From contig CAMWQW010000006.1 in the NCBI GenBank assembly GCA_947176505.1, positions 1 to 64,000 of the forward strand: a DNA stretch of 64,000 nucleotides, read 5' to 3'. The DNA comes from an uncultured Lachnospiraceae bacterium (GTDB lineage: Bacteria > Bacillota > Clostridia > Lachnospirales > Lachnospiraceae). Made by a program: the position numbers and the translations under genes. Below, piece after piece: positions 38,955-49,000 of the stretch. The first letter of the stretch is position 1; the number at the start of each line of letters is the position of its first letter. The notes beneath the pieces were generated by a model that was not told the origin of the DNA, did not search any database, and worked only from the letters and a program-made list of their open reading frames with translations.

Positions 38955-40565
38955 TTACCCCCAGTCTTCATTTAACCAGTTGCGCAGCAGGTTCGCTGCG
39001 GCTTCCGGATTTTCTTCCACAAATTTATTGATCAGTCTTCTCTCTTCCGTCTCATTCTCTACAGTGATATCCGCAAGCTGATTTTCCGGTGTGGATTGCA
39101 ACAGCGTCTCCACAACCAGTTCTTCTTCTTCCTCCTCATGTTTCTCACCCTTCATGCTTCTGAGTACTACGAATGCAAGAAGCGCCAGAATAACAACAAT
39201 CAGAAGAATCTGCATAATATCCGTTGCAGTAATATTAGAGCCTTCCGCATCGAAGAAAATATTCTCACTGTAAGCCACCAGAGAGATACTTCCTGATGGG
39301 ATACCGGTAGCATTCGCTACTGCCGTATAAAACTCTTCATCTACTTCTATTCTGGTTCTTTCCGTATGTGCTAACTTATACTCTTCCCAAGTGATACCAT
39401 CAAGTTCACCCTGTGTTCTCACATCTTCCTCTCGGATGATATTGTATTTAATCAAGGATGCTGCCAGCGAAGACTGACTATAATCGACCAGTCCTGCCGG
39501 TGTTGTCTTCGTCGTAATCTCTTCATTGGGAAGATAATCTCTGGACTCCTCCGACTGCGTGGAAGAAGAGTTGCTGTTATCCTCCAGTACATATGTCGTG
39601 TCATCGTCATTGGAATCCGTACCCGGAATACCGCCCACATCGCTCGTATTCTCCGAGTTAAAAATATCCTCATGCGCCACCATACCTTCTGTTCGCCCGT
39701 CAGGCGCAGAGTAATTGTGTACCGTCGAATTCGTAGTGGAGAAATCCAGCACAAGATTGGTCGCCACTTCCACATTGTCAAATTCCTTCGTGCCAAGCAG
39801 TACCTTGCGGACTTCATTAATCACCAGCTTCTCTGCTTCCGCTTTCACGGAAAGCTGCGCATTCGCAGTGCCCGACACAGTATAGTTGTCATCACCTGTA
39901 AAGAGCATATTGCCCTCCGAATCCATAATGACAATATTGTTTGTGGTCGTATTACCGATAGCCGTAGCAATCGCCCGTGCCAGATAAGCCGCGCTGTCCG
40001 TACTGAACTCATCCTTTAATTCCAAAACCACCGTCGCAAAAGATTCTTCTTCGGATGCTATCAGCGTACCGTCATTCTCTGGAATGTGAAGCGTTACATT
40101 GGCACTTTTGACCGCTGTAAATTTCATCAGGAAATCATGCTCCAAAGATTCCTGTAAATATACTACATATTTCTTCTGTTTGTCTGATTCCGTAGTGGAA
40201 AAGCTTCCGTCCGTTACGTTATCGATTCCGTAGCTTGCAGCCTTAATGTTATTGGCTCCCAAAAGCAGGTTCGCATCAGATAACTGTTCTCTGAGAATGC
40301 TGATCCTAAGACCGTCATCTGAAACATCGAACGTCATATTCTCGCCTTGCAGCAAGTCTCTTACTTCCGCCGCTTCCTTTGTGCTCTCACATTCCCGCAG
40401 CAATATATATTGAGGCTTTGTCAGCATTGAAACGATAAATACGATTGCTATAATCACAACCGCCATGCCGGCTACAATCAGCGTCTTCTGCTTCGCCGTA
40501 AATCGATTCCACCACTCTAAGATTCGATTGCCTAATTCTTTCAATTTCTCTAACAATTTATCCAC
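38955..40565 (-). CDS. fliF: flagellar MS-ring protein FliF
   Basis: 536 aa; N-terminal TM, RBM domains, C-terminal TM and a FliG-binding tail; GTG start with GAAGGAGAG RBS. Confidence 0.9.
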   Translation of the reverse strand: MDKLLEKLKELGNRILEWWNRFTAKQKTLIVAGMAVVIIAIVFIVSMLTKPQYILLRECESTKEAAEVRDLLQGENMTFDVSDDGLRISILREQLSDANLLLGANNIKAASYGIDNVTDGSFSTTESDKQKKYVVYLQESLEHDFLMKFTAVKSANVTLHIPENDGTLIASEEESFATVVLELKDEFSTDSAAYLARAIATAIGNTTTNNIVIMDSEGNMLFTGDDNYTVSGTANAQLSVKAEAEKLVINEVRKVLLGTKEFDNVEVATNLVLDFSTTNSTVHNYSAPDGRTEGMVAHEDIFNSENTSDVGGIPGTDSNDDDTTYVLEDNSNSSSTQSEESRDYLPNEEITTKTTPAGLVDYSQSSLAASLIKYNIIREEDVRTQGELDGITWEEYKLAHTERTRIEVDEEFYTAVANATGIPSGSISLVAYSENIFFDAEGSNITATDIMQILLIVVILALLAFVVLRSMKGEKHEEEEEELVVETLLQSTPENQLADITVENETEERRLINKFVEENPEAAANLLRNWLNEDWG

Positions 40566-40624
40566 AGCAACTTACTCTCCTTCAGTCTTCCCTCATATAC
40601 TTATACTTTGATCTTATCCGGATA

Positions 40625-40951
40625 CTATATCTGCATCTGAATAAGTTCTTTATAAGCGTCCAAAAGTTTGTCCCTGATTGCAACCGTGTATTGCAGCGCT
40701 GTAGATGCTTTCTGAAGAGCAATACTTAAATCATGCGTATTCTCGGTCTCTCCGAGCGCCCACTTAATCTCCTCATTCTCCGCATCCGACAGATAATTAT
40801 TTGTCGTTGACAAATTGTCGATCGCGGTATGTAACAAACTGTCAAATCCCTGATCCGCGTAGGAATCAGGTTTGTTGGTAGCGGCGGTCTTCGCAGCTTC
40901 CCTAACTGCTCCCGAAGACACATTATAAAGTTCTGTGATGTCTAAAGCCAT
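40625..40951 (-). CDS. fliE: flagellar hook-basal body protein FliE
   Basis: 108 aa; C-terminal LSIALQKASTALQYTVAIRDKLLDAYKELIQMQI. Confidence 0.85.
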   Translation of the reverse strand: MALDITELYNVSSGAVREAAKTAATNKPDSYADQGFDSLLHTAIDNLSTTNNYLSDAENEEIKWALGETENTHDLSIALQKASTALQYTVAIRDKLLDAYKELIQMQI

Positions 40952-40985
40952 CTCTCATTCCCTCCAAAACACAAGTTATTTACAA

Positions 40986-41432
40986 TCAGCTATTCAGCAT
41001 ACTAAGTCCCGTAGTCGCTATGCTCTTGCTGGCGTTAAACGCCGTCGCATTTGCCTGATAAGCACGACTGGCGTCAATCAGGTTTGTCATCTCTGTAATC
41101 GTGCTGACATTAGGATACATAACATATCCGTTCTCATCTGCATCCGGATGCGAAGGGTCATAAACCATATTACCTTCTGTCCACATATCCTCATAGACTC
41201 CTGTTACCTTCACTCCGGTACCGGAATATCGATCCGTCGCTCTGTTTAACACCTGATGAAAAGGTGTCTGAGAATTCTTTTCCTCGAAAACCACTACTTT
41301 CCTGCGGTAAGGTGTTCCGTCCTCGGTACGTGTCGTATTCGCATTTGCCATGTTCTGAGCAATAATATCCATACGATAACGCTCCGCCGTCATACCACTT
41401 GCATTGATATCAAAAGCCGTAAACATTCCCAT
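40986..41432 (-). CDS. flgC: flagellar proximal rod protein FlgC
   Basis: 148 aa; SGMTAERYRMDIIAQNMANANTT and a C-terminal rod motif. Confidence 0.9.
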   Translation of the reverse strand: MGMFTAFDINASGMTAERYRMDIIAQNMANANTTRTEDGTPYRRKVVVFEEKNSQTPFHQVLNRATDRYSGTGVKVTGVYEDMWTEGNMVYDPSHPDADENGYVMYPNVSTITEMTNLIDASRAYQANATAFNASKSIATTGLSMLNS

Positions 41433-41453
41433 ATTCTTCTCTCCTTAATAAGT

Positions 41454-41858
41454 CTATTTCATAACTGCCTGTAAATTCTTAAATTCCTGATTCATAGACA
41501 ATTCCAATCCCTGATACACAATCTGATTCTTGGCAAGATAAACGCCTTCCGTATCGGGATCTACATTGTTGCCGTCAATACGATATGAAAAACCGGAATA
41601 ATCTGTATATGTAATAGGTTTCAACCGGTTTGTCTTAAGGTTTGCCACCTTGGCATCCATGCTCTTATATCTTGAATTCCTGAGCGCCTTTGCAAGCTGC
41701 ACCTCAAAATTTACCTCCTGCCGCTTATATCCCGGCGTATCGGCATTAGAAATATTATTGGAAATAACGTCATTCCGCAGCCAAGCCGCGTCTGCCGCCT
41801 TATCCAACACATTGATATAATCAAAAACATTTGTATTTGCCAGCATACTCATAAGCAT
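41454..41858 (-). CDS. flgB: flagellar proximal rod protein FlgB
   Basis: 134 aa; ISNNISNADTPGYKRQEVNFE rod motif; first gene of the operon. Confidence 0.9.
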   Translation of the reverse strand: MLMSMLANTNVFDYINVLDKAADAAWLRNDVISNNISNADTPGYKRQEVNFEVQLAKALRNSRYKSMDAKVANLKTNRLKPITYTDYSGFSYRIDGNNVDPDTEGVYLAKNQIVYQGLELSMNQEFKNLQAVMK

Positions 41859-41888
41859 ACTCCTCCCACACTAATAGAATCCATATTC

Positions 41889-41916
41889 CATTATAAAGAA
41901 AATATGAAAAAAAACA
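41889..41916 (-). promoter_or_regulatory. sigma-A-type promoter of the fla/che operon (TTGTTT-16-TATAAT) about 30 nt upstream of flgB
   Basis: Minus strand aaccTTGTTTtttttcatattttcttTATAATggaatatgg, then GGGAGGAG RBS and ATG. Confidence 0.45.
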
Positions 41917-41991
41917 AGGTTTTTCGATTCATTTTCACAAATTCCCATTTTTGTGCCACCAACTCATTAACCGAAAAAGCTCGCTCTACGC

Positions 41992-42038
41992 ATAAAAAAA
42001 GGATTTACCTGCCGCTTTCGACTCTGTGTAAATCCTTT
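41992..42038 (-). terminator. rho-independent terminator after codY
   Basis: Perfect 11-bp inverted repeat AAAGGATTTAC...GTAAATCCTTT with a 19-nt loop, followed by U7 on the minus strand. Confidence 0.7.
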
Positions 42039-42055
42039 TACCTAAACTCTCTCCG

Positions 42056-42841
42056 CTAATATCTCCCCTGTTCTTTTAATTTCTCCACTTCATCAAAGAC
42101 CACATCATTAAGTACCTTGATATAGGTCCCCTTCATCCCCGATGAACGAGATTCAATAACACCTGCACTCTCAAACTTACGCAGTGCATTAACAATCACC
42201 GAACGGGTAATTCCTACCTTATCTGCAATCTTACTTGCCACTAAAATACCTTCCATACCGCCCAGCTCATCAAAAATATGAGTGATTGCTTCCATTTCAG
42301 AGAAGGACAATGTACTGATTGCAGATTTTACAACTGCAACCTTACGATTCTCTTCCGCACTCTCCTCGCTCACTGCGCGAAGCATCTCAAGCCCCACAAC
42401 CGTAGTGCCGTACTCGCACAGAATAATATCGTCAATATCATACTGCTCATTGCATTTGTATAAAAAAAGCGTGCCGAGCCTCTCTCCCGAAATCTCAATC
42501 GGTGCAATCACCGCTTGAAATTTCTTTGTATCCGTACTCTCAAAGCCAAGAGTCTCCAGATTAACATTCTCCTTGGTAGACAATACCGCAAGAAGTCTTT
42601 CATTCAACATCGGATCGATAAAACCGCCTACATGATCCACAATAAGCTCCGTAATCGACTCTACGGAATCTACATCCCCTATGCCGAGTACCTTACCCTT
42701 TCTGCTGATAACAAGCACATTAGAAATAAGGATATCCTTAAGTACATCGCAGATATCATTAAATACTACTTTCCCGGAATTATTATTATGCAGAAGTTTA
42801 CCGATTTTCCTTGTTTTATCCAACAACTGAACGCTACTCAT
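42056..42841 (-). CDS. codY: GTP/BCAA-sensing global regulator CodY
   Basis: GAF-like N-terminus and C-terminal wHTH (ASKIADKVGITRSVIVNALRKFESAGVIESRS). Start MSSVQLLDKTRKI with TAAGGAGC RBS, 2 codons inside the track's TTG start. Confidence 0.9.
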   Translation of the reverse strand: MSSVQLLDKTRKIGKLLHNNNSGKVVFNDICDVLKDILISNVLVISRKGKVLGIGDVDSVESITELIVDHVGGFIDPMLNERLLAVLSTKENVNLETLGFESTDTKKFQAVIAPIEISGERLGTLFLYKCNEQYDIDDIILCEYGTTVVGLEMLRAVSEESAEENRKVAVVKSAISTLSFSEMEAITHIFDELGGMEGILVASKIADKVGITRSVIVNALRKFESAGVIESRSSGMKGTYIKVLNDVVFDEVEKLKEQGRY

Positions 42842-42906
42842 GAACAATGCTCCTTATAAAAGCTGTTGTGAATGTCTCAAAAAGTTACACAAATGTATAT
42901 AAAATG

Positions 42907-42934
42907 ATTTTATCACAACATTTCAGCATTTTCA
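42907..42934 (-). promoter_or_regulatory. sigma-A promoter of codY (TTGAAA-17-TGaTAAAAT, extended -10)
   Basis: Minus strand cattgaaaatgctgaaatgttgtgataaaatcatttt; about 65 nt upstream of the codY ATG. Confidence 0.45.
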
Positions 42935-42999
42935 ATGTACTTTCGCTACATTTTATTCAGTTTACCTACAATTTATACTTATTGTATATAGTTTTCTGA

Positions 43000-45075
43000 C
43001 TATGATGTTTCCTTCGGCACATCCTTGATAAAGCCGCACTGCTCATCGGAGCACACAAGCTTATTTCCCTTCTGCAGCATAATAGCCCCGCATCTGTCAC
43101 ATTTGTCTGCTACCGGCTTCTGCCACACCATGAAATCACACTCGGGGTTGTCAATACATCCGTAATACTTTCTGCCTTTTTTCGTCTTTTTCAGCACAAT
43201 ATCTTTACCGCATTTTGGACATTCCACCCCGATCTTTTCAAAATAAGGTTTCGTATTACGGCAGTCCGGAAATCCCGGACACGCCAAGAACCTGCCGTGG
43301 GGACCGTACTTGATAACCATCTGTCTGCCGCATAAGTCACAGACTTCATCCGAAAGTTCATCCGCAATCTCCACCTCATCAAGCTCTTTCTCTGCCTTCT
43401 CTACCGCTTCCTCCAAATCCGGATAGAAATTTGCCACCACAGTTTTCCACTTGACGCTGCCCTCTTCCACACCGTCCAATAATGCTTCCATGGTCGCTGT
43501 AAAATTCACATCCACAATGGAAGGGAAAGCTTCTTTCATCATATTGTTGACTACTTCGCCCAGTTCCGTCACATAGAGATTCTTATTTTCTTTGACAATA
43601 TACCTTCTGGCAAGAATAGTGGTAATCGTAGGCGCATAAGTACTCGGACGCCCGATTCCCAGCTCTTCCATTGCCCGTACAAGAGATGCCTCCGTAAAGT
43701 GCGGAGCCGGCTGGGTAAAATGCTGTTTCTCATCCAGCCCCTGCAACAATAATTTCGTATCACGTGTTATCCCTTTCATAAGGGTATTGTTTTCTTCTTT
43801 CTCATCATCCTCGGTATATACGCTCATAAATCCGTCAAATTTCACTTTAGACGCCGCTACCGTAAAACGCTGTCCGGCAGCATCAATCTTCACCGAAGTT
43901 GTCTCATACAAAGCTGATGCCATACGGCTTGCTACAAATCTTTTCCAAATCAACTGATAAAGTCTGAATTGATCTCTGGAAAGGGAATCTTTCATTTCCA
44001 ACGGAGTCCTGCTGATATCAGTAGGACGAATCGCCTCATGGGCATCCTGAATCTTCTGCTTGCTTCCTCTCTCCTGCTCCGTTGCAGCAGCATATTCGAC
44101 GCCATAATTCTCCGAAACATATGCTTTGGCAGCCCTCTCTGCTTCCTCAGACACACGGGTCGAATCCGTACGCAGATATGTGATGATACCTACCGTACCG
44201 TTGCCCTTAATGTCAATGCCCTCATACAGCTGCTGCGCAAGACGCATTGTCTTCTGTGTAGAAAAATTCAGTACTTTACTTGCCTCCTGCTGCAGCGTAG
44301 AAGTCGTAAACGGCAGCGGCGCTTTCTTCACTCTCTCACCGTTTTTCACGGAAGATACCTGATACTGCGCATGTTCCAGCGAACGCTTAACCGCCTCCAG
44401 TTCTTCCTTGGATGAGATTGTCTTCTTCTCTTCTACTGTACCGTAATACTTTGCCGTAAGTGGTTTCTTCTCTCCTTCAACCGCAAAAGAAGCATCCAGC
44501 GTCCAATACTCTTCCGGAATAAAAGCATTGATTTCGTCCTCTCTGTCGCAGATAATACGCAACGCCACAGACTGAACCCGCCCGGCACTCAAGCCTCTCT
44601 TGACCTTCGCCCACAATACCGGTGATATCTTATACCCCACCATACGGTCCAGACACCGGCGTGCCTGCTGTGCATCCACCAGATCCATATTAATCTCTCT
44701 GGCATGTTTCAAAGATTCCTTCACCGCCGTTTTGGTAATCTCATTAAAAGTAATACGGTATACTTTCTTATTCTCCAATTTCAAAGCCGCGAGCAGGTGC
44801 CACGAAATAGCTTCCCCCTCACGGTCGGGGTCTGTTGCGAGATATACTTTATCCGCTTTCTTTACTTCCTTACGCAGATTCGCAAGAATATCGCCTTTGC
44901 CCCTGATGGTAATGTATTTCGGTTCAAAATCATGCTCCACATCAATTCCAAGCACACTGCGAGGCAAATCCCGCACATGTCCGTTACTGGCAGCGACTTC
45001 ATAATTTGTTCCCAGAAACTTCTTGATCGTCTTCACCTTAGCCGGTGATTCCACGATTACCAAATATTTTGCCAT
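43000..45075 (-). CDS. topA: DNA topoisomerase I
   Basis: 691 aa; Toprim (LVIVESPAKVKTIKKFLG), catalytic Tyr region and three C-terminal Cys4 zinc ribbons. Confidence 0.95.
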   Translation of the reverse strand: MAKYLVIVESPAKVKTIKKFLGTNYEVAASNGHVRDLPRSVLGIDVEHDFEPKYITIRGKGDILANLRKEVKKADKVYLATDPDREGEAISWHLLAALKLENKKVYRITFNEITKTAVKESLKHAREINMDLVDAQQARRCLDRMVGYKISPVLWAKVKRGLSAGRVQSVALRIICDREDEINAFIPEEYWTLDASFAVEGEKKPLTAKYYGTVEEKKTISSKEELEAVKRSLEHAQYQVSSVKNGERVKKAPLPFTTSTLQQEASKVLNFSTQKTMRLAQQLYEGIDIKGNGTVGIITYLRTDSTRVSEEAERAAKAYVSENYGVEYAAATEQERGSKQKIQDAHEAIRPTDISRTPLEMKDSLSRDQFRLYQLIWKRFVASRMASALYETTSVKIDAAGQRFTVAASKVKFDGFMSVYTEDDEKEENNTLMKGITRDTKLLLQGLDEKQHFTQPAPHFTEASLVRAMEELGIGRPSTYAPTITTILARRYIVKENKNLYVTELGEVVNNMMKEAFPSIVDVNFTATMEALLDGVEEGSVKWKTVVANFYPDLEEAVEKAEKELDEVEIADELSDEVCDLCGRQMVIKYGPHGRFLACPGFPDCRNTKPYFEKIGVECPKCGKDIVLKKTKKGRKYYGCIDNPECDFMVWQKPVADKCDRCGAIMLQKGNKLVCSDEQCGFIKDVPKETS

Positions 45076-45118
45076 AGCCTATTCCCCTGTTTCTCTAATC
45101 GGTTATTCAACGTGAATC

Positions 45119-45147
45119 ACTATACACCAATTTTTTTATGCTTGCAA
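45119..45147 (-). promoter_or_regulatory. sigma-A promoter of topA (TTGCAA-17-TGtATAGT)
   Basis: Minus strand cctcTTGCAAgcataaaaaaattggtgTATAGTgattcacg. Confidence 0.5.
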
Positions 45148-45197
45148 GAGGTAAAAAATTAAAAATATATTAATAGATATATAGAATAAACACAAAA

Positions 45198-45233
45198 AAG
45201 AACCTCCGACCGTAAATCAGAGGCTCTTTCTAC
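45198..45233 (-). repeat. copy 2 of a 36-bp perfect direct repeat; on the minus strand it forms a 9-bp stem hairpin (with G-U pairs) plus a U6 tract, i.e. a terminator-like element
   Basis: aagaacctccgaccgtaaatcagaggctctttctac is identical to 46016-46051; minus-strand RNA AGAGCCUCU-loop-GGAGGUUCU-UUUUUU. Confidence 0.6.
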
Positions 45234-45262
45234 CTATTCATGATTTGTATATAGTACATATT

Positions 45263-45532
45263 CTAAATTCTGTCACCCCGACCTTGATGCGGATGCTTCG
45301 TAGCATAGTCTACAGCTTCACTGCTAATTTCCTCCAAACTCATGTTCTCAAAGTACTCCCTTCTCCAGACCGTATAATTAAAACTTTCTCTTTTAATTGC
45401 AGCAATAAAACGTTCTGCATTAATGACACCAAGTGCATCAACCAAACATGCGAAACCTTTATCCATTATGTCAATTGTGTTATCCATTATCCTGCACCTC
45501 CCATCTTCTGATGAATTCCCCCGGTGTAACAA
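45263..45532 (-). CDS. small hypothetical protein overlapping the 3' end of the PIN-like gene (possible toxin-antitoxin partner)
   Basis: 89-aa ORF; FACLVDALGVINAERFIAAIKRESFNYTVWRREYFENMSLEEI; no family recognised. Confidence 0.3.
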   Translation of the reverse strand: MLHRGNSSEDGRCRIMDNTIDIMDKGFACLVDALGVINAERFIAAIKRESFNYTVWRREYFENMSLEEISSEAVDYATKHPHQGRGDRI

Positions 45533-45931
45533 TTTGAATCTTCGGCGACTGATATTTTAGCAGTCTATCGTCTGTTGTTATAAAAAAATCACACGATGCC
45601 AAAACGGCACACGCTACATGAAGTGCATCCATGTCTTTAGTGCCTGACTGCATAATCTCTTTTGCAATTTCAATCGTTTCCTCATTTCTATCATCACTGA
45701 CATAAAATGATTCATTCATATTCATAAACTCTGAAATAGCTTGCCGCTTATGCAAAAATCTATTCTTAGAATTTTCATAATCGAGCACATAGGATGTCCA
45801 AGTTTCAGTCTGTTATCTTTTATCATTTCCTGAATATGCAGCTTTGCTTCTGTCTCTAAATGTATCCTAATCTGTGTTTGGTCATCATATGGACGGTTAT
45901 AGCTACAATTATCTAAATAGACTCTCATCAA
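45480..45931 (-). pseudogene. PIN-domain (VapC-like) gene disrupted by a frameshift
   Basis: N-terminal PIN segment MMRVYLDNCSYNRPYDDQTQIRIHLETEAKLHIQEM is in one frame (45722-45931). The C-terminal PIN segment ...DMDALHVACAVLASCDFFITTDDRLLKY is in another frame (45480-45788). The two frames overlap around 45770-45790. Confidence 0.5.
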
Positions 45932-46015
45932 CCCATTCCTTCTTACATATAATTAAATCAGCCAGATATCGTTTCTCTTCGGATTTTCATCATAACATAA
46001 AGGCAATAGATAGTA

Positions 46016-46051
46016 AAGAACCTCCGACCGTAAATCAGAGGCTCTTTCTAC
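46016..46051 (-). repeat. copy 1 of the 36-bp direct repeat, 45 nt downstream of the 1811-aa gene stop (operon-end hairpin; weaker U-tract)
   Basis: Identical 36-mer to 45198-45233. Confidence 0.6.
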
Positions 46052-46095
46052 TTATTTAATAGTATTTCAATTTCACTGATTGCAAAGACAGTCCA

Positions 46096-49000
46096 TCACT
46101 CGAGCAGGAACAATCTGGCACGATTCAACGATACCGTTCCAAATCCATCTATCTTGTACGTCTTTCCGTTTCTGATAAACTCAGACTCTACGAGAACAAA
46201 GATTCCCGCATTGTTGGTCTTGTCATCCGTAAGGCTCCTAAGTGAAACCACCGGTGCTTTAATCCGGTATACTTTACCCGGAAGTAAACCTATCTGGTCA
46301 GGATTCTGCGGGTCAGCCGCTGTCACAGGTACAAGCTTATTATCTGTAACCGTCCAGATTTCCGAACCGAACGGCGTCGCTTTAACAGTCTTGTCACCGA
46401 TGACAAACTCCTGCGTTCCGGCATCATCCTCATAATAGAAGCTGACCGTCACATTCTTGTTTGCTCCGATATTGCTATCTGCAAACTTAAAGTATACATC
46501 CACGGTATTGTCCAGAATTCCCTCGGTGTCATCGTCCGCCGTGTCTCTCCACTCCTGATCAAAGGGAACGGCAATGCTCTTCATCGGTGCGGAATTCTGC
46601 GCAAATCCGGACACAATAGCGACGTCCGAACCGTGTACGCCCGCACTGTACGCTGCCATAAGCGCATTGACAAAGAACTTACATTCGTCAACTCCCATTG
46701 CATTAGCAGCCACCTCACCTTCGCCGTATATGTATGGATATTCCGACTGCGCCAAATAGACCACATTGCCCTTACTGTAGCAATAATAGTTGTTCCGGGC
46801 GTCTTTTGGTGAAATACCGTATGCCGTATCTCTATTTCCGCCAAAGGTAAGCCATGTTGTTACATAAGCTTCTGTATACTCGCTCTTTAAGTTATTCTCA
46901 AAATTCAGCAGATACTCGGAAGCTCGCAGTCCTGTTCCGTTCTCAGCCATTTTCTCCGCAAAGGCAAAAGAATTGCCCGTCATCTCATACGGATAGTAAA
47001 GGATACTTCCTTCATTAATTTTATCCGCCCTTATTCCCGCACGCCGAGGTTCGTACATGCCCGCATTCAAACCTGCATATCTATGATACTGATTTGCCGC
47101 TCCCAAGCTGACAAAAGTTCTTCCTGAAGACCAGCCTAAACTCTCCGTCGCAAGTCCCGCGCTGTTGCCGCTCTTATTCTGACTGCATACGAGCAGACTC
47201 CTGCCCTCATTGATGTAATCGGCAAACGCCACACTATCCACAGTAACACCGTCATCCACAGTCAACACTACAACATCCCACAGATTCAGGTACTTAGGGT
47301 TCTTAGTTAAATTATCAGCTAATTCTTCAGGCGTAACCGTTTCAAATTCAAAAGCGAGATGTGAACTCGACTCCGCGTCTTTGAGTAATCTTGCCAGCAG
47401 AGAGTCATCCTTCTTCTTGTACATCGCTTCCAAATCAATATAATAGTCGCCTTTACTCTTTGTCACCTGCAGCACACGTATCTCTTCTTCATAAGAGCTG
47501 ACCAGTTCAAAATAGCCCTGCACGCTGGCTCGTCTGTATGGATTGCCACTATCCGTTACTTCTAACTTCCAAGGAATGATACCCGGACCCATACCGTTAA
47601 TCGTGACATCAATGACGTTGCCTTCATTGACATAGGCGCCGAATTCTTCGCCAAGCTCCTCCTCCGTACCGAAGATACCGTCATAATTCATATCTGCATA
47701 TAAGTGCATGGTTGTATCGCCGAAATAATCTTCGCCTCTGTTATTCTTAATCTGAAAAGCAATCCTGCCATGGTATTCTTCATTTTCATCCAAGACAAGC
47801 CGCTGCACCATGCTCACTCCGGAACCGCTGTCCGCGTCCTCGTTCACCAACTCAATCCGCGGCTTGGAAGTCTTCATTCTAGCCATAAATCCGGCATTCG
47901 ACATCGTATCCGATACGGTAAAAATACTGTCCTTATATTCTTCAACGGAAACCGCAGCCAACAGGAAATTATACATCACCGTATCTTCGGCAACATACTT
48001 CGTATTAATCGTATCTCTTGACGCGCCGCGGGCTGTTGCATCCGTGAAAAAGTCATTTTCAACCACGATCGGATATCCTGCCCGAAGATACTCTAACAAA
48101 TCCATCATCTTCTGCGATGTAATATCGTTGCTGTCATAACGGCTGTCACCAGTTACATCACCTAAATGATATACTTTACCATTCAATGACTCATCATTAT
48201 AAACCGCTCTTCTTGGCTGTCTGTCACCCAGATTCAGATTCTGCCCGTCAAGACCGATAAATATCATATCATAAGCGCCGTTAACATCTTCCCACTCACC
48301 GTTAAATTCCACTACGGATTTCACGTCTGTAGAAATGCCAAACTGCTTCTTGCTGTATAGAATCTGTTTACCCGTCTTCATGGCATCTGTCTTCCAGACA
48401 AGCTTTGTGTTCCCTTTGCTGTCCTCCTCTGTATGCAAATCGGAGATGATGGCTCCTGAAGTAAGATCAATGTTCGCCGTAGGCTGCAATTCCAGAATCG
48501 TCAGGTCATCAAATTCTCCCATAATACCTACGGAAAAATTAATGATATACTGAATCGCTCTGGCTTTGCTGACCTCAAAGGAAATTTGGTCATACTCCGC
48601 CAACGTAGTATTTTCTGCTTCAATCGCTGCTAATACATCACTGAATCCGGCTTTTGCCTTGAAATCGTCAAAAAACGCCGCAAAGTCATCACTGACAAGC
48701 ATTTCGTCATTAATGATATATATATTTTGGTTTACATAATTGTATCCATTGTCATCCTTATCCGGATAATCATCAGCCTTTAGCGTCATTTCTATGTTAG
48801 CCATCAAATCCGTGCCCGTATTGATAGCCTCAAAATAACCTGCCAAATCACGCTTTAATAACGCCTGCGCCAATAACTGATAATTCGTTCCGGCATATTT
48901 GTCAGTATCTGTCTCCTCCGCAATCGCGTAATCTACAATAATCGGTGTCAGCTCATCAGCCGCGCGGCTTAAAATTGCACTAACTATCCCCTCTCCCATG

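Noticed and set aside
41925-41945. CodY box AATTTTCWGAAAATT in the flgB leader
   Set aside because: The best local match AATTTGTGAAAATGA has 4-5 mismatches and is not palindromic. I kept it only as a weak note inside the codY-flgB finding.
41859-42055. c-di-GMP (GEMM) riboswitch upstream of flgB, as seen in some Clostridia
   Set aside because: The leader is only about 135 nt between the codY terminator and the ATG. The promoter lies about 30 nt from the start, and no GEMM-like conserved helices or GGC/GCC motifs are present.
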